Source of the DNA: Heteronotia binoei
Lineage: Eukaryota
NCBI RefSeq assembly: GCF_032191835.1
Contig: NC_083223.1
Location: 114,080,001 to 114,144,000, forward strand
Direction of reading: 5' to 3'
DNA length: 64,000 nt
In this document: positions 24,194-36,957 of the stretch, piece after piece
Layout of the letters: each line of letters starts with the position of its first letter
Numbering within the stretch: position 1 is the stretch's first letter
Notes under the pieces: model-generated
What the model was told of the DNA's origin: nothing
What the model saw: the letters and a program-made list of their open reading frames with translations, nothing else
Database searches by the model: none
Position numbers and translations under genes: made by a program

Positions 24194-25433
24194 CTGAAAA
24201 ACATATGAAATGAGTGTTTTTAAACTGTAACAGGTATTACAAATTACATTATATTGTTGTTAATAATAATGACAATATAGCAGGTACACTGAACTACATT
24301 TTTGGGTTCAGGTAATCATCAAAATAATAATAGCTTGATTGTTATGAAACTCCAAAAGGCTGCAGGATAGGAAATTACTATGCTAGTCCATGTTTGTTAA
24401 AGCAAAGATGGTCAAATTATCTCACACCTTGGCTGAAATACAGAAAGAATTGGAAAAGTTATTGTGAAAAAGCTCAATATTATAATTAACAAACTCATTG
24501 CATTCTAACCCAGGTCTTGTTTTAGCTTAGAATAACTAATCCAGTGAATATGATTACTGCCAACCCCGCTATTTTGATCTTCCATCTTATCATGAAGCAA
24601 GTCCCATTAGCTAGTGAGATGTGCTTCAGATGTGTTCCAAGTGTCTTCCAAGGATCTCAAAACAGTTCTCAGTGTGGTGCCTGTGAGTGCCATGGTGCCA
24701 TGTAATTCATGGGGCCTGCCTGTTCTATAGTTTTAAGGATAAAACTCAAATCATCTTGAATAGATCAGAAAAAGGACACTTCAGATTTCTTACTACCTGA
24801 TGACTAACAAGATGCTGAACTCATCCCAAGTAAGCCCACCACAGGCCCTTAACTTGGCCACAGACACAGACTTTCCTATGTTTCTCAGCTCAGAAACCTC
24901 AAACTGTGTCCATGGAGAGAAAAATCTCCCCTTGGTCTGATAACTGAAACCAAACACAGGAAAGAACTCATTCCACCTCCCTTCAGAATCAGCTATTCTG
25001 TGATGTACTTATCTCCCACAGTAGTAATTTTGTCCGCTATTCTTTTTCAAAATTCTGAATGTATCTGTTTGCTTAACAGATCTGATGACCCCTGCTGTAA
25101 ATGCACAGTTTCCAGATTCTTATGTAATAACTGTTCCAGATTGTTTTCAGACTACATATACCAAAGACTTTCACAGAAAAAACTCCTCCTACATAGGAAG
25201 GCTGGTGTCAGTGAGAAGGGTTCAAGCCCTTCCATCTTCTTGTTAAGTTAGTCTTTGATCTATAAACTTTTTTCATAAGTGAGCATCCTTTATCGTCTAA
25301 AGTGGTATGGCTCAGGAACAAGTTTTTTTAAAAGCTGATTTGTATTCCACCCTTTCCCAAGAATGGACTCACAAGGTGCTTCTAGACAAACTATGATTGT
25401 AATGAAAAACCCCCATAAGCATTCAGAACTGAC

Positions 25434-25565
25434 CTGTGCTAAATCAGTTTCATTTAACATCACAAGAGATGTACAGCCATAGTCATAAACTAATCTCCAG
25501 AAATCCTTCACAGTGTTTGGCAGAGGATGCTGTGTGACAATGAAAGCTGCAGGTTGTCGGTAGCT
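25434..25565 (-). CDS. PTPRK: PTPRK D2 exon ([44 protein letters not shown])
   Basis: 132 nt; CAG acceptor; GTCAGT donor. Confidence 0.95.
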
Positions 25566-26258
25566 CTGTATTTAAAAAAAAAAAGTGATTGGAAACAAAC
25601 ATGTAGTTCTCTAAGGCAGTTCTCTAGCACAAAATGAACAGTGTAATGATAGAGGAACATCTTTTATTTAAAATTCAAAATAAGAATACCACTATACATA
25701 TAAAATAATGAAACAAATGAATAAATAAATGAATAAATTGGTACTTTGCACCTGTAGAACCTTTTAAAAACCAGTGTCAGTGAATTCATTGGAACTTATT
25801 TCCAAGCAAATGTACTTGAGATCATTCTTTGGCTAAACATTTATGCTTCATACCCCCACCCCCAGCAAAAAACAAAAAAACCCCCAACAACAACACCCCC
25901 AAACACTTAAATTGTGATTATGGAGAATTTTGCTAGACATCTTTGATGTCATTTAGAGGACAATACAATTATCTGGGTTTTCTTTTAGGCAATGCTAATG
26001 TAATAAATTTAGTAGAATAGATATTCTGTGTCTTTGTTGTTAATAAAGTACAGACACTAGGATTAAATCAATCAGCAGACCTCAAATCAGGCTATCCTAC
26101 CACATTTGTACAAAAAAAATCAAATTGTTTGTCTTTAACAGTCATTTTATTGAATGCTACAGGAAAAGCGACTTGCATTTTCTTTAATCAGCAAGTGCTC
26201 CTGCACAGTCCACATCTTTTTGAGGCATGTTACATATACAATGTAAATAGTCTCTTAC

Positions 26259-26432
26259 ATCCATAAGGGCAGCACTGATGTAATTGCTGCTCTCGCCATC
26301 AATAGTGATTAAGAAAGGCAGACATCTGTCAGGTGGCAGCATATCCATAAAGCGGTTCTTGTCATGGTTCCTTGGCAGACATGCTATACTGCAGTCTTCT
26401 GCTTGCAGACGAGGAGTCACCGAATTCAGGGT
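26259..26432 (-). CDS. PTPRK: PTPRK D2 exon ([58 protein letters not shown])
   Basis: 174 nt; TAG acceptor; GTAAGA donor. Confidence 0.95.
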
Positions 26433-26948
26433 CTAAACAACAGAAGACATCTCTGTTATGAGGTAGCGCCTCTTACACTTGGGCAGATTTGGGCATAAAA
26501 TCATTTTCCATGGAAGAGATGTTGAAAAGCAAGGTACCTGCCAACTTGGACTGCCTTTGAAGTTTGGTTATGACAGGAGGTGGAAATAGATATTCTGTAT
26601 ATACTGAATTAATTTTCAATCTGCATCCCAACATTACCCTATTCCTCTCTTCCAACCATCCTTGGAAAAAAATTGTGTAAAATTCATGTATGCTGTTCCC
26701 TTATTAAAATGCAAAATCACCTCCAGATGACCAAATGAATAGGCAGGTTATGGTAATTATAATCAGAGAATGGTACATTTACAGAAGACTTTGCAATGTA
26801 CGTAGTGGAAGAAATTGGTGATAAATGAGGCTTAACATAAGAAGGAGGCCAAAGGTTATGAATTGGACATAAAAACAGTTCTCTTTGCAAACTATTATAT
26901 GCAATAAAGTCAATGTAATATAAAAGAGCAACCAGCAACTGAAAATAC

Positions 26949-27098
26949 CTGAAATTCATCTTTGAGATGTGAAGAGTTTGTCTGAGAGTCTATTCTAATC
27001 ATGTCAAAATATGCAGCTTTGAATTCACAGACAGGGATAGCAGTTTCTCCACATAAGCAAGCTTCCAGAATGGCATCGTGAATAAAGATATACTGTTC
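26949..27098 (-). CDS. PTPRK: PTPRK D1-end/linker exon, conserved copy ([50 protein letters not shown])
   Basis: 150 nt; CAG acceptor; GTATTT donor; matches the recalled PTPRK sequence. Confidence 0.93.
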
Positions 27099-27970
27099 CT
27101 GCCACGGAAGGAACAGAAGAACATTTTAGTGATATTTCTTTTTTAAAAAATAAAATCTCTTTTCTTACCAAGATTTTTATTCAAGACAATTTAACTCAAT
27201 CCATTTTATACTGCTTTAGTGCCTTAAGCACAATCAGTTACTTGAGATTCATTTAATCAGAGTGAGTTCCTGAGAATGGCTAATTTAAATCTAAAGATGC
27301 TTAATGGTATCGATAATATAATAAAAGCACTTTCACCTTGGCAAAACTGAGCAGCCTGATTGGTTGGGACTGTGGTTCATCAATCTTTAGCCCGTCAAAC
27401 TATCAGTCAAGAGTACTTATGTGCCATTGGTTGAGTCTGCTCCTCACTCCTGCCTGAGTGGTTGTTGCTAGCCAGCAAAGCTGATTCTGTCAGTAAAAGG
27501 CAACCAACCTTAGTTCTGGAAGTTACTGGCTCTCCCTACTCTCCCATTGGCTGAGCTGCCTGTTGCATTGATTCACAGAGGAGAGAAAAAAACCCTTCTC
27601 TCAATTGGTTGAGGGAGGGAGGAAGAGGGAAACAGCCAGATAAAGGCTTCCCTTGATTGGCTGAGGACTCTGCCCTATCCTCCTCTGGAAAGGGGGGAAA
27701 ATGGCATCCTTTGGCAACAAACCAGATACAGAGAGGGAAAGTGAGACACAGAGAGGGATTGAAGTCCTGTGCTTAAGACCAACAACATTATCAGAGACAG
27801 ACTCTTGGTCTGAAAGTATAACTGAAGGCCTCTGAGGCAGAACTCATTGGGGCCAGTTCTGATTAGGGATGCCAGTTCCAGGTTGGTGGGGAATTCCTGG
27901 TGATTCTGTGGTGGAGTCTGAGGAGGGCATAAGAGTTAGGGCTTCAGAGCAGGGTTTTCAAGACACAATT

Positions 27971-28228
27971 GGATTTATATCCCGCCCTCCACTCTGAATC
28001 TCAGAGTGGCTCACAATCTCCTTTATCTTCCTCTCACACAACAGACACTCTGTGAGGTGGGTGGGGCTGAAAGGGTTCTCACAGCAGCTGCCCTTTCAGG
28101 GACAACCTCTGAGAGAGCTATGGCTGACCCAAGGACATTCCAGCAGCTGCAAGTGGTGGAGTGGGGAATCAAATCTGATTCTCCCAGATTAGAGTCCACA
28201 CACTTATCCACTACACCAAATTGGCTCT
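27971..28228 (-). mobile_element. tRNA-derived SINE (squam1-like) with L2-type tail
   Basis: The minus strand reads GAGAGCCAATTTGGTGTAGTGG... and ends GGAGGGCGGGATATAAATCC. Confidence 0.75.
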
Positions 28229-28545
28229 CAGGTTCTTCCTGTGGAAGCTGACTGGGTGATTTCAGACCAGTCACAGACTTCCAGCCTAACTTGGTTCACA
28301 GGGTTGTTGTTCAGATCAAAGCGGGAGAGGAGAATGATGTAAGGTGCTCTGGTCCTCCCCACACACTGTGGAGAAAGACTGTCCTTTTCCTATATGGAGG
28401 CTGTAGGGAGGTTGGAGGCGATGGAAAGCTGAAGTCAGAGGGGCAGATAAAGGGAAGGAGATAGGGTTGCCAACTCCAGGTTAGGAAATTCCTGAAGATT
28501 TAAAGAGTGGGGCCTAGAGACGGGGAACTATTCCCCTGAAAATAC

Positions 28546-28695
28546 CTGAAATTCATCTTTGAGATGTGAAGAGTTTGTCTGAGAGTCTATTCTAATCATG
28601 TCAAAATATGCAGTTTTGAATTCACAGACAGTGATAGCAGTTTCTCCACATAAGCAAGCTTCCAGAATGGCATCATGAACAGAGATATACTGTTC
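28546..28695 (-). other. PTPRK: Duplicated copy of the 150-nt PTPRK exon (alternative exon or pseudoexon)
   Basis: 145/150 identical to 26949-27098; frame open; CAG acceptor and GTATTT donor intact; encodes [31 protein letters not shown]...EFQ. Confidence 0.9.
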
Positions 28696-28759
28696 CTGCC
28701 ATTGAAGGAACAGAAGAACATTGTTGCCAATCTCCAGGTGAGTTTGAAAAAAAAAAAAA

Positions 28760-29235
28760 CAATAGCTCCGAGTAAAGAATACTGCTTGCAATGCAAATAG
28801 TTCTCAATAATGTCCAATGAAGATTTTTTTTTACATTTGTAGTAGAAAATTGATTCCTTTATTCATATCAAAAAATTTCAAAATATCATGAAAGTTCATA
28901 AATATTCTGGATTTGCACAGTGTATGCAGGAAGTATTTTGGATGTGATAGGTGAAGCATATGAGTAGGTAAAATTCGCTCGGATAAAGCAGTTATGCGAA
29001 ACAGGAGTTCTGTAGACCAGTTATGCCTGTAAACTGGTTTTGATTATTGATTTTTTCAATACTTCCTGCATACACTGTGCAAATCTGGAATATTTATGAA
29101 CTTTCATGATATTTTGAAATTTTTTGATATGAATAAAGGAATCAATTTTCTACTACAAGTGTAAAAAAGCATCTTCATTGGACATTATTGAGAACTATTT
29201 GCATTGCAAGCGGTATTTTTTACACGGAGCTATTG
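28760..29235. repeat. Inverted repeat, 178-bp arms (~95% identical), 120-bp spacer; MITE-like
   Basis: 28760-28937 pairs with 29058-29235; about 8 mismatches by manual comparison. Confidence 0.85.
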
Positions 29236-31099
29236 CTTTTTTCCCAGTCTTTTGTCTGTGTAGCTTTTGCCATGTTGCACAATCTCCAGGTGAGGGCGGA
29301 GACCACTCAGAATTACAGCTGCTCTCCAGATGGCAGAGATCAGCTCCACTTGAGTGGGGGGTGGTGGTGAAGGACTTCACCTGGGTGGGTGGTAAGACAG
29401 CAGGGAGGCACTCACCCAGAACCTCTTTCTAGAGCCCATTGTATTTTTCTCCACAACGGGCCTTATTCCTAATAGATAATAATTTGCATATAGTGATTTA
29501 ATTGGGGGGGGGAGGAGGTGCCTCCATTCCCATGTTTCTCTTTCAGAGCAATTTACTTCATTTGCAGTAGCTTTCATTCAAGAAATCCAAAGGTAGTGCA
29601 AAAATAGCTAAATGCTTTGGACTGGGACTCTTGAGTATTCCAAACAGAAGTGAATTTCCTCATGATTAATTACAGCAGAAAGTCTGAATACTGGATGACA
29701 AAAATTAATGATGAGTTCCTTGATATTTGCCACAACTTTGTGCTTGCTGTATTTATACAGTGAGATGATGTATTTACAGTCTTTCTATGCAAGATTACTC
29801 ATATGTAAGTCCCATTATGTCCAATGGGGCCTGATACCTAGCAAATGTGTTCAGGATTGTAGCAAATGTGTTCAGCTTGATACCTAGCAACTGTGCTCAG
29901 GATCTCAGTAGACCTAGACAGCCAAGGTAAGTTGTTTTCATATTATGACACTATAGTGCAGAACAGCATGTAGCTGACTGGGAAAACTGACCTCAAGTCA
30001 CCACTCAGCTATAAAAAACTTTGAATGACTGTGGGCCAGTTTAAGTTATTGTACCAAGCTTTGTGACTGTATCATGGGATATGAGGGGGTCCTGTACCCC
30101 TAATAAATATATTAAGATTCTCAGAAGCTGCATTGTAAGATCGTTCTGTTAGATTATTCTGCAAAATGAATTAACCATCATTTCCATATAAGTGACAAAT
30201 GTGTATACCTCTAAACAATGCTGGTGAAAATTTTTATGCTGCTACAACAGTTTATTTTGCTGTTAAATGTGAAGCAGCTTCTAATTCAACTGACTGCTAA
30301 GTTTGCTTTTTCAACAATAAATTTTGAACTTGTCAGTTGGCCTATTGCCTGGATAGCCTCTTACAACCATTCTTATACTGCACCTGCAAAATAATGGTTG
30401 CTTTATAAAGTCGCTGCCAGTCAAATAATCTGTGACCCGAGTGTTTAAAAGCAGATTAGAGCTAATACAGAGCACATGGGATAGGAAAAACAGGGTGACA
30501 CAAAGCGCACTTTTGGATGCTATATTTACCAGACGGTGCTGGCAACCATCAAGTTGTAAATGAGATGCCTACATCAGATGCCCACTCTTGTTCTGTCTAG
30601 AAAAAGCAAACATGTCCTTCCCACACTTTCTTCTGTTCTCTGACAACCACTGATAGCATGGTGCAGCCAAACAGATATTTTTATTATACACCTTATTTCT
30701 AGGTCTCCAAGAGATCAGAGAGATGTATTAAGGTATATAGTCACTCCCAGCCTAATATGTCATCTATGGAATTCCAAATTCATAACATTAGCTCCAGATC
30801 TATGCATTTTTTACACAGTTTCCAACATTAACATTTAAAGACATTGAAAGCATAAATGGATGACATCTGAGAACAGCCTACCATACTAAGCAGGATATAT
30901 GATATATTTATATGTGTGTGTGGAAAGTATAAGGTATTAGAACATTTTTGGAAATTTCAGCTGAGTGAGATAAGTCACAGAAACATATTTCATTGCCTTG
31001 TTTAAAAGCTGTACTTTGTCTACAAACAGTCCACTGACTAGGCAAATGAATCTGACTGTCTGGGGCAGTGATTCTTGGGCTTGGGGGGGTGCAAAGTGG

Positions 31100-31227
31100 A
31101 AGGGCTTCTAGCCCCACCTGTGAACCTCCTGATGGCACTTGGGGGGTTTTTTGGCCACTGTGTGACACAGAGTGTTGGACTGGATAGGCCATTGGCCTGA
31201 TCCAACATGGCTTCTCTTATGTTCTTA
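31100..31227 (+). mobile_element. CR1 3' tail fragment
   Basis: GGCCACTGTGTGACACAGAGTGTTGGACTGGA...CTTCTCTTATGTTCTTA; same tail as the CR1 at 14956, opposite strand. Confidence 0.85.
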
Positions 31228-31659
31228 ACATCTTTGATGCAACTGAGCTAGAGTGAAAAATGTACATCCTTTGCCAGCATCTAGCAATTGCATTTCATGA
31301 AAAGTCCCCAAGATTTTATTTATAGTTTGAATCTAGAGTCCAAATGCCTTTCTGTGATTCAGGATACTTGTTTACATTATGGACAGGACAGCAGTCTAGG
31401 AAGGCCATATCTGGAACTTAATAACACAGTGTCAGACCAACTAGTTCAATGTGCATTTTTCAAAAGTGGCCAGATCAACATTCTTTTGAAAGCTACAATT
31501 AGGATGTAAAGGCAACAGCTCTTTTCCACTTGTGTTAACAGCTCAATTTCCCTCCAATGGATTGTCTTCATGAAGCAGCATTCTGTGATTCAAGGCTAAA
31601 TGCCTCAAGTAGAACACTTCACTAATAATTATTAAATGCAGATAATGAAGCATTAATAC

Positions 31660-31795
31660 CTCTGTCTGTACCATATTGATGCGGCGTGAACGCAGTGCTT
31701 TGACACAATTGTAGATGTCCACAACACCTTCTCTTTCTGCCATGTCTAGCATGATGTCAATTACAATGTAACAGCCAGTTCGTCCAGCTCCAGCA
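31660..31795 (-). CDS. PTPRK: PTPRK D1 exon ((S)[45 protein letters not shown])
   Basis: 136 nt; AAG acceptor; GTATTA donor; completes the [11 protein letters not shown]-loop. Confidence 0.95.
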
Positions 31796-32292
31796 CTTAA
31801 AGGAATCAGAAAATGATTTACAGAGTATTCCTCTCAATACAATCCCCCTCGCCTCAAACTGCTAACTTTTCATTTTCTTTATAGTAAAACTATGAACTGC
31901 ATATCTAATAAATGTAAATGTAATTTTGAATTAATTAAAATACAAATATTAGCACAAGTAATTCAGATGATTAACTAGAGATTCATTGTGTCAAGATCCT
32001 GCTTCTACTAAGCTATAGTCACAGAAACAAATACCTGAACCAGCCCTAATCCTTAATATGATAGAAGCTCATGAACACATACAAGTGAAATACGTATTTC
32101 ATATCCTTCAAAAAGCACTCCCAGAAAAGGTGCACTGTTACAATCCAAAACTTTGGTTTCAAAAACTGATTTAAGATATTGATCAACAAACAAAACTCCC
32201 ACAATGTCACATTAAGATGATGTCACAAGAGACTACAGGGCATGCTCACATTGAGAAGTTATAGAAAATGCATCTACCTCTTCTCTACACAC

Positions 32293-32447
32293 CTGCAATG
32301 CACAACAATCGGCCCAGCACTAGGAGGGTTAGAAAGTTTCACACGGCGTATAAATGAAAGAAGGCCTGTTGCGTTGTACGGTACTCCATGATCTGGCCAG
32401 CCAGTAAAGTGGAACTGTTTAACTTCACGGATTTCATTGTATGCTCT
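32293..32447 (-). CDS. PTPRK: PTPRK D1 exon ([28 protein letters not shown]...GPIVVHC(S))
   Basis: 155 nt; CAG acceptor; GTGTGT donor; contains the WPD loop and catalytic Cys. Confidence 0.95.
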
Positions 32448-33813
32448 CTGTCAAAATTGGAAGGGGGAGGGAACACACCAATATAATGGTTTTCATCATC
32501 TGATAAAGTCATGATTATTATTATGTATTTAATTTATTCCTCACACTATCCCACTAGTGGGCTCAAGGTGGCTTACATCAGAAAATCTATAAAATGATAA
32601 AAACAGTAAAACAACAGTTGGCAGCAATAAATAGCAGGAAACCCATGTCAGATGAATATAAATGCCCCAAAACTCCAGTGCTCAGAATAGTATCAGCAGC
32701 AGCAGGACACTGAGGAATGGGTCAAGGACAGGGGAAGCCAGAATATGATAATGGACAAAAATATTAAAATCAAATTTTGAATTTTGAAGCAAGCACAGCA
32801 GTTGCCAGGATCAATACTTTTTTCTTTTGTAAAAGGTCTAGGTGGAAAAAAAGGACAATTGTGTCTTAAAATAGGATTGCCATACCTGAATTTATGTATG
32901 GCTATAAATGCGAAATCTCATTGGAAATTATCAACTTTTTTCATACACAAAATACAACACTGAGTGTGACACAATTTTCTCATCATATATGGAAAACTTG
33001 CTTGGCCACAGTATATAACATACAATTATAACAGATGAAAGCAATTTTCCCATGAAGCCCATAATGTGAAATACATACATATAGGAACAGGGGACAGTAC
33101 GAAATGGTTTCTAAGGAAAACAGTCCTGGGAGCTATGGGCAACACTATGGCAATTTCCACCTAAGGTATTTGCCCTGGGTTGATGCTGCTGGGAAATGAT
33201 TCCCCCCTCCCCTCCCACTTCTGCACACCCCCATGCTGCATTTGTGCAGCGCTCCTAGGATTTCCCTGGCTTTTCTCTAATCTTTCCCATATCTGCTTTG
33301 CTCTGAAGTTTTGAGAAAGATCCCCAAAAAGTCTGGATGGCTGCTGTGTGTGTCATTTCACCCAAGAAGCAGCCATTTTATCACCCTGTTATGGCAGTCA
33401 TTTTTTTTAAAAAAATCAGCAACTGTTCACCATTATATCACCACAATGTTATAATAACATGTGTGTCAAGTTCTCTCAATGCCCACTTAAATTGTTAAAG
33501 AATATTCTCTAGCACCTTTTGTTGTGAAGATAAAGGGAAAACCACATATCTCCAGAAAATCACTTTAAAAATGAAAGCTGGGAATTCACAGAATCTGTTA
33601 CACAGATAGTTATATTGTTATAACAATGTTACATTGAAATGAAATGTTTTTAAAAGAATCCTAGTGGTATGTAATGGGGGGAGAGAATGACCACTGCTAA
33701 GAGACTTGGACAGGTAAAATATGAAAAACCTGCCTTGGGGAAACACTGGGGTAAATCTTATCCCCATTCTACCACTTTACTGAGCAAAGTTTATTTATAA
33801 AAAAATATATATA

Positions 33814-35200
33814 TTTTTTTTTTGGTGTTTCAAAATTTTATTAAATCATCAATATTTTCAACAATTAATTGACATAGAAAAGAAGAAAAAAAAAGTCTTG
33901 CTAGTACAAACATATCTCTCATCCTTGAAGAGGTATTTAGAGGTATACATTAGTTAATGGAAGCAAAAGAAAAAAACAACAACCCAACAACAACAACAAC
34001 AGGTATCTACATTAATTTGTCAAGTATATGACTAGTACAGCTACTTCCTAGTATAGTATGTTATTTCTTTTTCCTATCCAATTATAGAATTTTTCCCATT
34101 TTCTACTAGCTTCACTTTCAGGTGTCCCTTTTAGCAGATTTGACAGAATATCCATCTCTGCAGCCTGGAAGATTTTAACTACAACTTCACTCAATTCTGG
34201 ACAGATCTTTTGTCTCCAATATTTAGCGAAGACAATTCGCGCCGCAGTGAGAATGTAAATTGTTATATATTCGTCCTCTGGTGGAACTTCTTTTCTGACA
34301 AATGATAGAAGCATCAACTCGGGTTTAAAATGAATATTAACATCAAGTATCGCCTTCAACATACCATAAACTCTCAACCAAATTTTTTAAACAAATTTAC
34401 ATTTCCACCAAATGTGATAAAAGGAGCCTATTTCTAGTTCACACTTCCAACATTTGGGAGATATAACTTGATTGATCTTAGAGAGCTGAAGGGGGGTGAT
34501 ATACCACCTGTGGAATAATTTAAAAAAGTTCTCACGAAAATTTACAGGTTTTATTACCTTATAATTAATTTTCCAAAAAGTCTCCCATTGTTCCAACTCA
34601 ATATTTTTTTGAAAATTTTGAGCCCATTTAATCATTGGTTCTTTAACGATTTCGTCCTCCAGTTTTATTTGGATGATATAATTATAAACCGTCTTAATTA
34701 CTTTATCTTCTTTCAAGAGTAAAATCTTATCAAAATCAAAATTAACCTTAGTGAATCCTACCCTTTTATCTTTATTATACTTTGTTATGATCTGGTTCAT
34801 TGTCCACCAGTCTAATTTTATTCCGCGAATCTCTAAATCTTCTTTTTTATCAGCTTGTCCTCATCATCTAATAATTCTTGATATCTTATCCTCATTGAAG
34901 AGTTCCATAAGACTGGGTGAATTGAAGCCTCTTCAGGAGACATCCACCTCGGTGTCTTGCTATATATCAATGTTCTAATTTTTAACCACACTTCATATAT
35001 GGCTTTACGGATTAAATGATTTTTGAAATATTTTTGGGCTTTAGTTATATACCACATATTCGCATGCCAACCGGCCTGTAAGTCAAAACCTTCCAAAGCT
35101 AGTATCCAGTTATTTTCTAAGGTTATCCAATCCTTCATCCAGAGTATTATACAAGCCATATAATAAGTATCCCAGTCCGGTAGTCCCAAACCTCCATTAT
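33814..35200 (-). mobile_element. L1-clade LINE 3' fragment with poly(A) tail
   Basis: ORF2 C-terminal pieces GLPDWDTYY...W and CWKC...FYHIWWKC (CCHC). Minus-strand AATAAA at 33837-33842 followed by an A-run (33814-33823). Frameshifted. Confidence 0.8.
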
Positions 35201-35580
35201 ATTATAAAAAATATTTATACCTCACTTTTCCTTTTGGTTCAAATCTGAAGCTTTCCCTCTATCTAAGGAGCCTTCCTCCAACTCAAATGACTCTTCTATT
35301 GGAGGAAGAGCTGCTTAAATTGGAGGAAGGCTCCTTAGGCCAGAGGAAGGCTACACGGAAGATGGCTAGAACCACTCCAGTATTGGAAGCTGCAACAGCA
35401 ACAGGGGAACTACACATGTATGTCTTTGGAGGACAGAATGCAATCAGTACACAAAGGAAATGCCTATACAACATACAAGTTGTACAGTATGGAGACTGTC
35501 ATGGCTTCCTCTCAAAACTCTAGGAAATTCTGGTGGGGTGCGGAAAATAATCTTTCAAAAGGCTCCTAACCACTCTATAC

Positions 35581-35715
35581 CGGGGTGGCCAACGGTAGTT
35601 CTCCAGATGTTTTTTGCCTACAACTCCCATCAGCCCCAGCCAGCATGGTCAATGGCTGGGCTTGATGGGAGTTGTAGGCAAAAAACATCTGGAGCACTAC
35701 CGTTGGCCACCCCTG
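35581..35715. mobile_element. Short palindromic hAT-type MITE
   Basis: Termini (C)GGGGTGGCCAAC and GTTGGCCACCCCTG; whole element self-complementary; flanks CTCTATAC and CTTTATCC (6/8 match). Confidence 0.75.
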
Positions 35716-36585
35716 CTTTATCCCACAGAAGCAGCATGGGGAAAAGTGATAGTGATAAGAACCTCAATTAATAATACAGCTATCCAGCACAGGTGACTAT
35801 GAAGAAAGAAATAGCGATTGCGGAATACAGCAAGAAGCAGACACAACACCAGCTGATTAAACTATACATGTGAATAAAAGGATCATGTATTCTGAAACTG
35901 ACCTGCTTTGATCAGTGCTACAACACGTAAAAGAACTAAAAAATAAGCAAGATGCTAATTGGGTAGTAAAAATATTTTTCATAATGAAATAATCAGAAGA
36001 CAGCTGCATGATTTTCAACTTCTGAATAAGCAAAGCTTAAGTAATAAGACAATCAAATTCTGTGAAGAAATTGGTTTTTTTTGTGTGTGCATGTATTTGA
36101 GGTCAAAGAGGTGTGCATTACAATGAAGCTGATCTTAAAACACAGCAAATGAAAAGCTTCCAAGACAAAATTATTTTGAATGCAACTTAGATTTTATAAC
36201 ATTTACATCTATCAAAAACGTTCAAAGCTTGATATGGAAACAAAAGACAGGAAAACCACAAGAATGGAGAATTTTATATCAGTGGTAAAGGTGTAAAAAA
36301 AGAGACAATAGACTGCACATGAGTGAGGAGATTTGTGAGACAGAAAAAGCTGTTTCTCATTGACTGACAGAATGACAATACAGCCAAAAATAAAATAAAA
36401 TAAAATAAAATAAAATAAAATGCCTCCTTGGACACTGTACAAAGGCAGGATTCAAATATTTTAAATACAAAAACAAAATATTTATGAATCTCAAAGAGAA
36501 TATTTGCAAATTAACAGAATAGGGATGAAAGAAGTGCAGTGCCACATATATGGAATGTATAATAGTAATTTCTAAAAATACGTAC

Positions 36586-36702
36586 TCTTTCAAGGGTGAA
36601 TGTCCTGACTACATACTCTGCAAGTGGCTCAACTTCCACACAAGTAACTTTGAAATCCCCATACACTTCAGTGTCATCAGGCCAATACTTGTAACACTTG
36701 AC
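36586..36702 (-). CDS. PTPRK: PTPRK D1 exon ([39 protein letters not shown])
   Basis: 117 nt; TAG acceptor; GTACGT donor. Confidence 0.95.
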
Positions 36703-36887
36703 CTACAGTAACATCCAAGAAATACAAAGGCATGATGTGAATGGATCCTACATGTTAATTCTACCCAGTAATACAATAATGCAGATTCTACTACAGAAAT
36801 GAAACAGTAGGTGAAAATTACTCAAAACAGTAGGTGAAAATTACTCAAAACCATGTAGTATTCATCTTAGTTCTACTTGAATGTTCC

Positions 36888-36957
<70 letters not shown>
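36888..36957. repeat. (AAT)n microsatellite, ~23 units
   Basis: Uninterrupted ATA/AAT run adjoining an L2-type tail. Confidence 0.95.
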
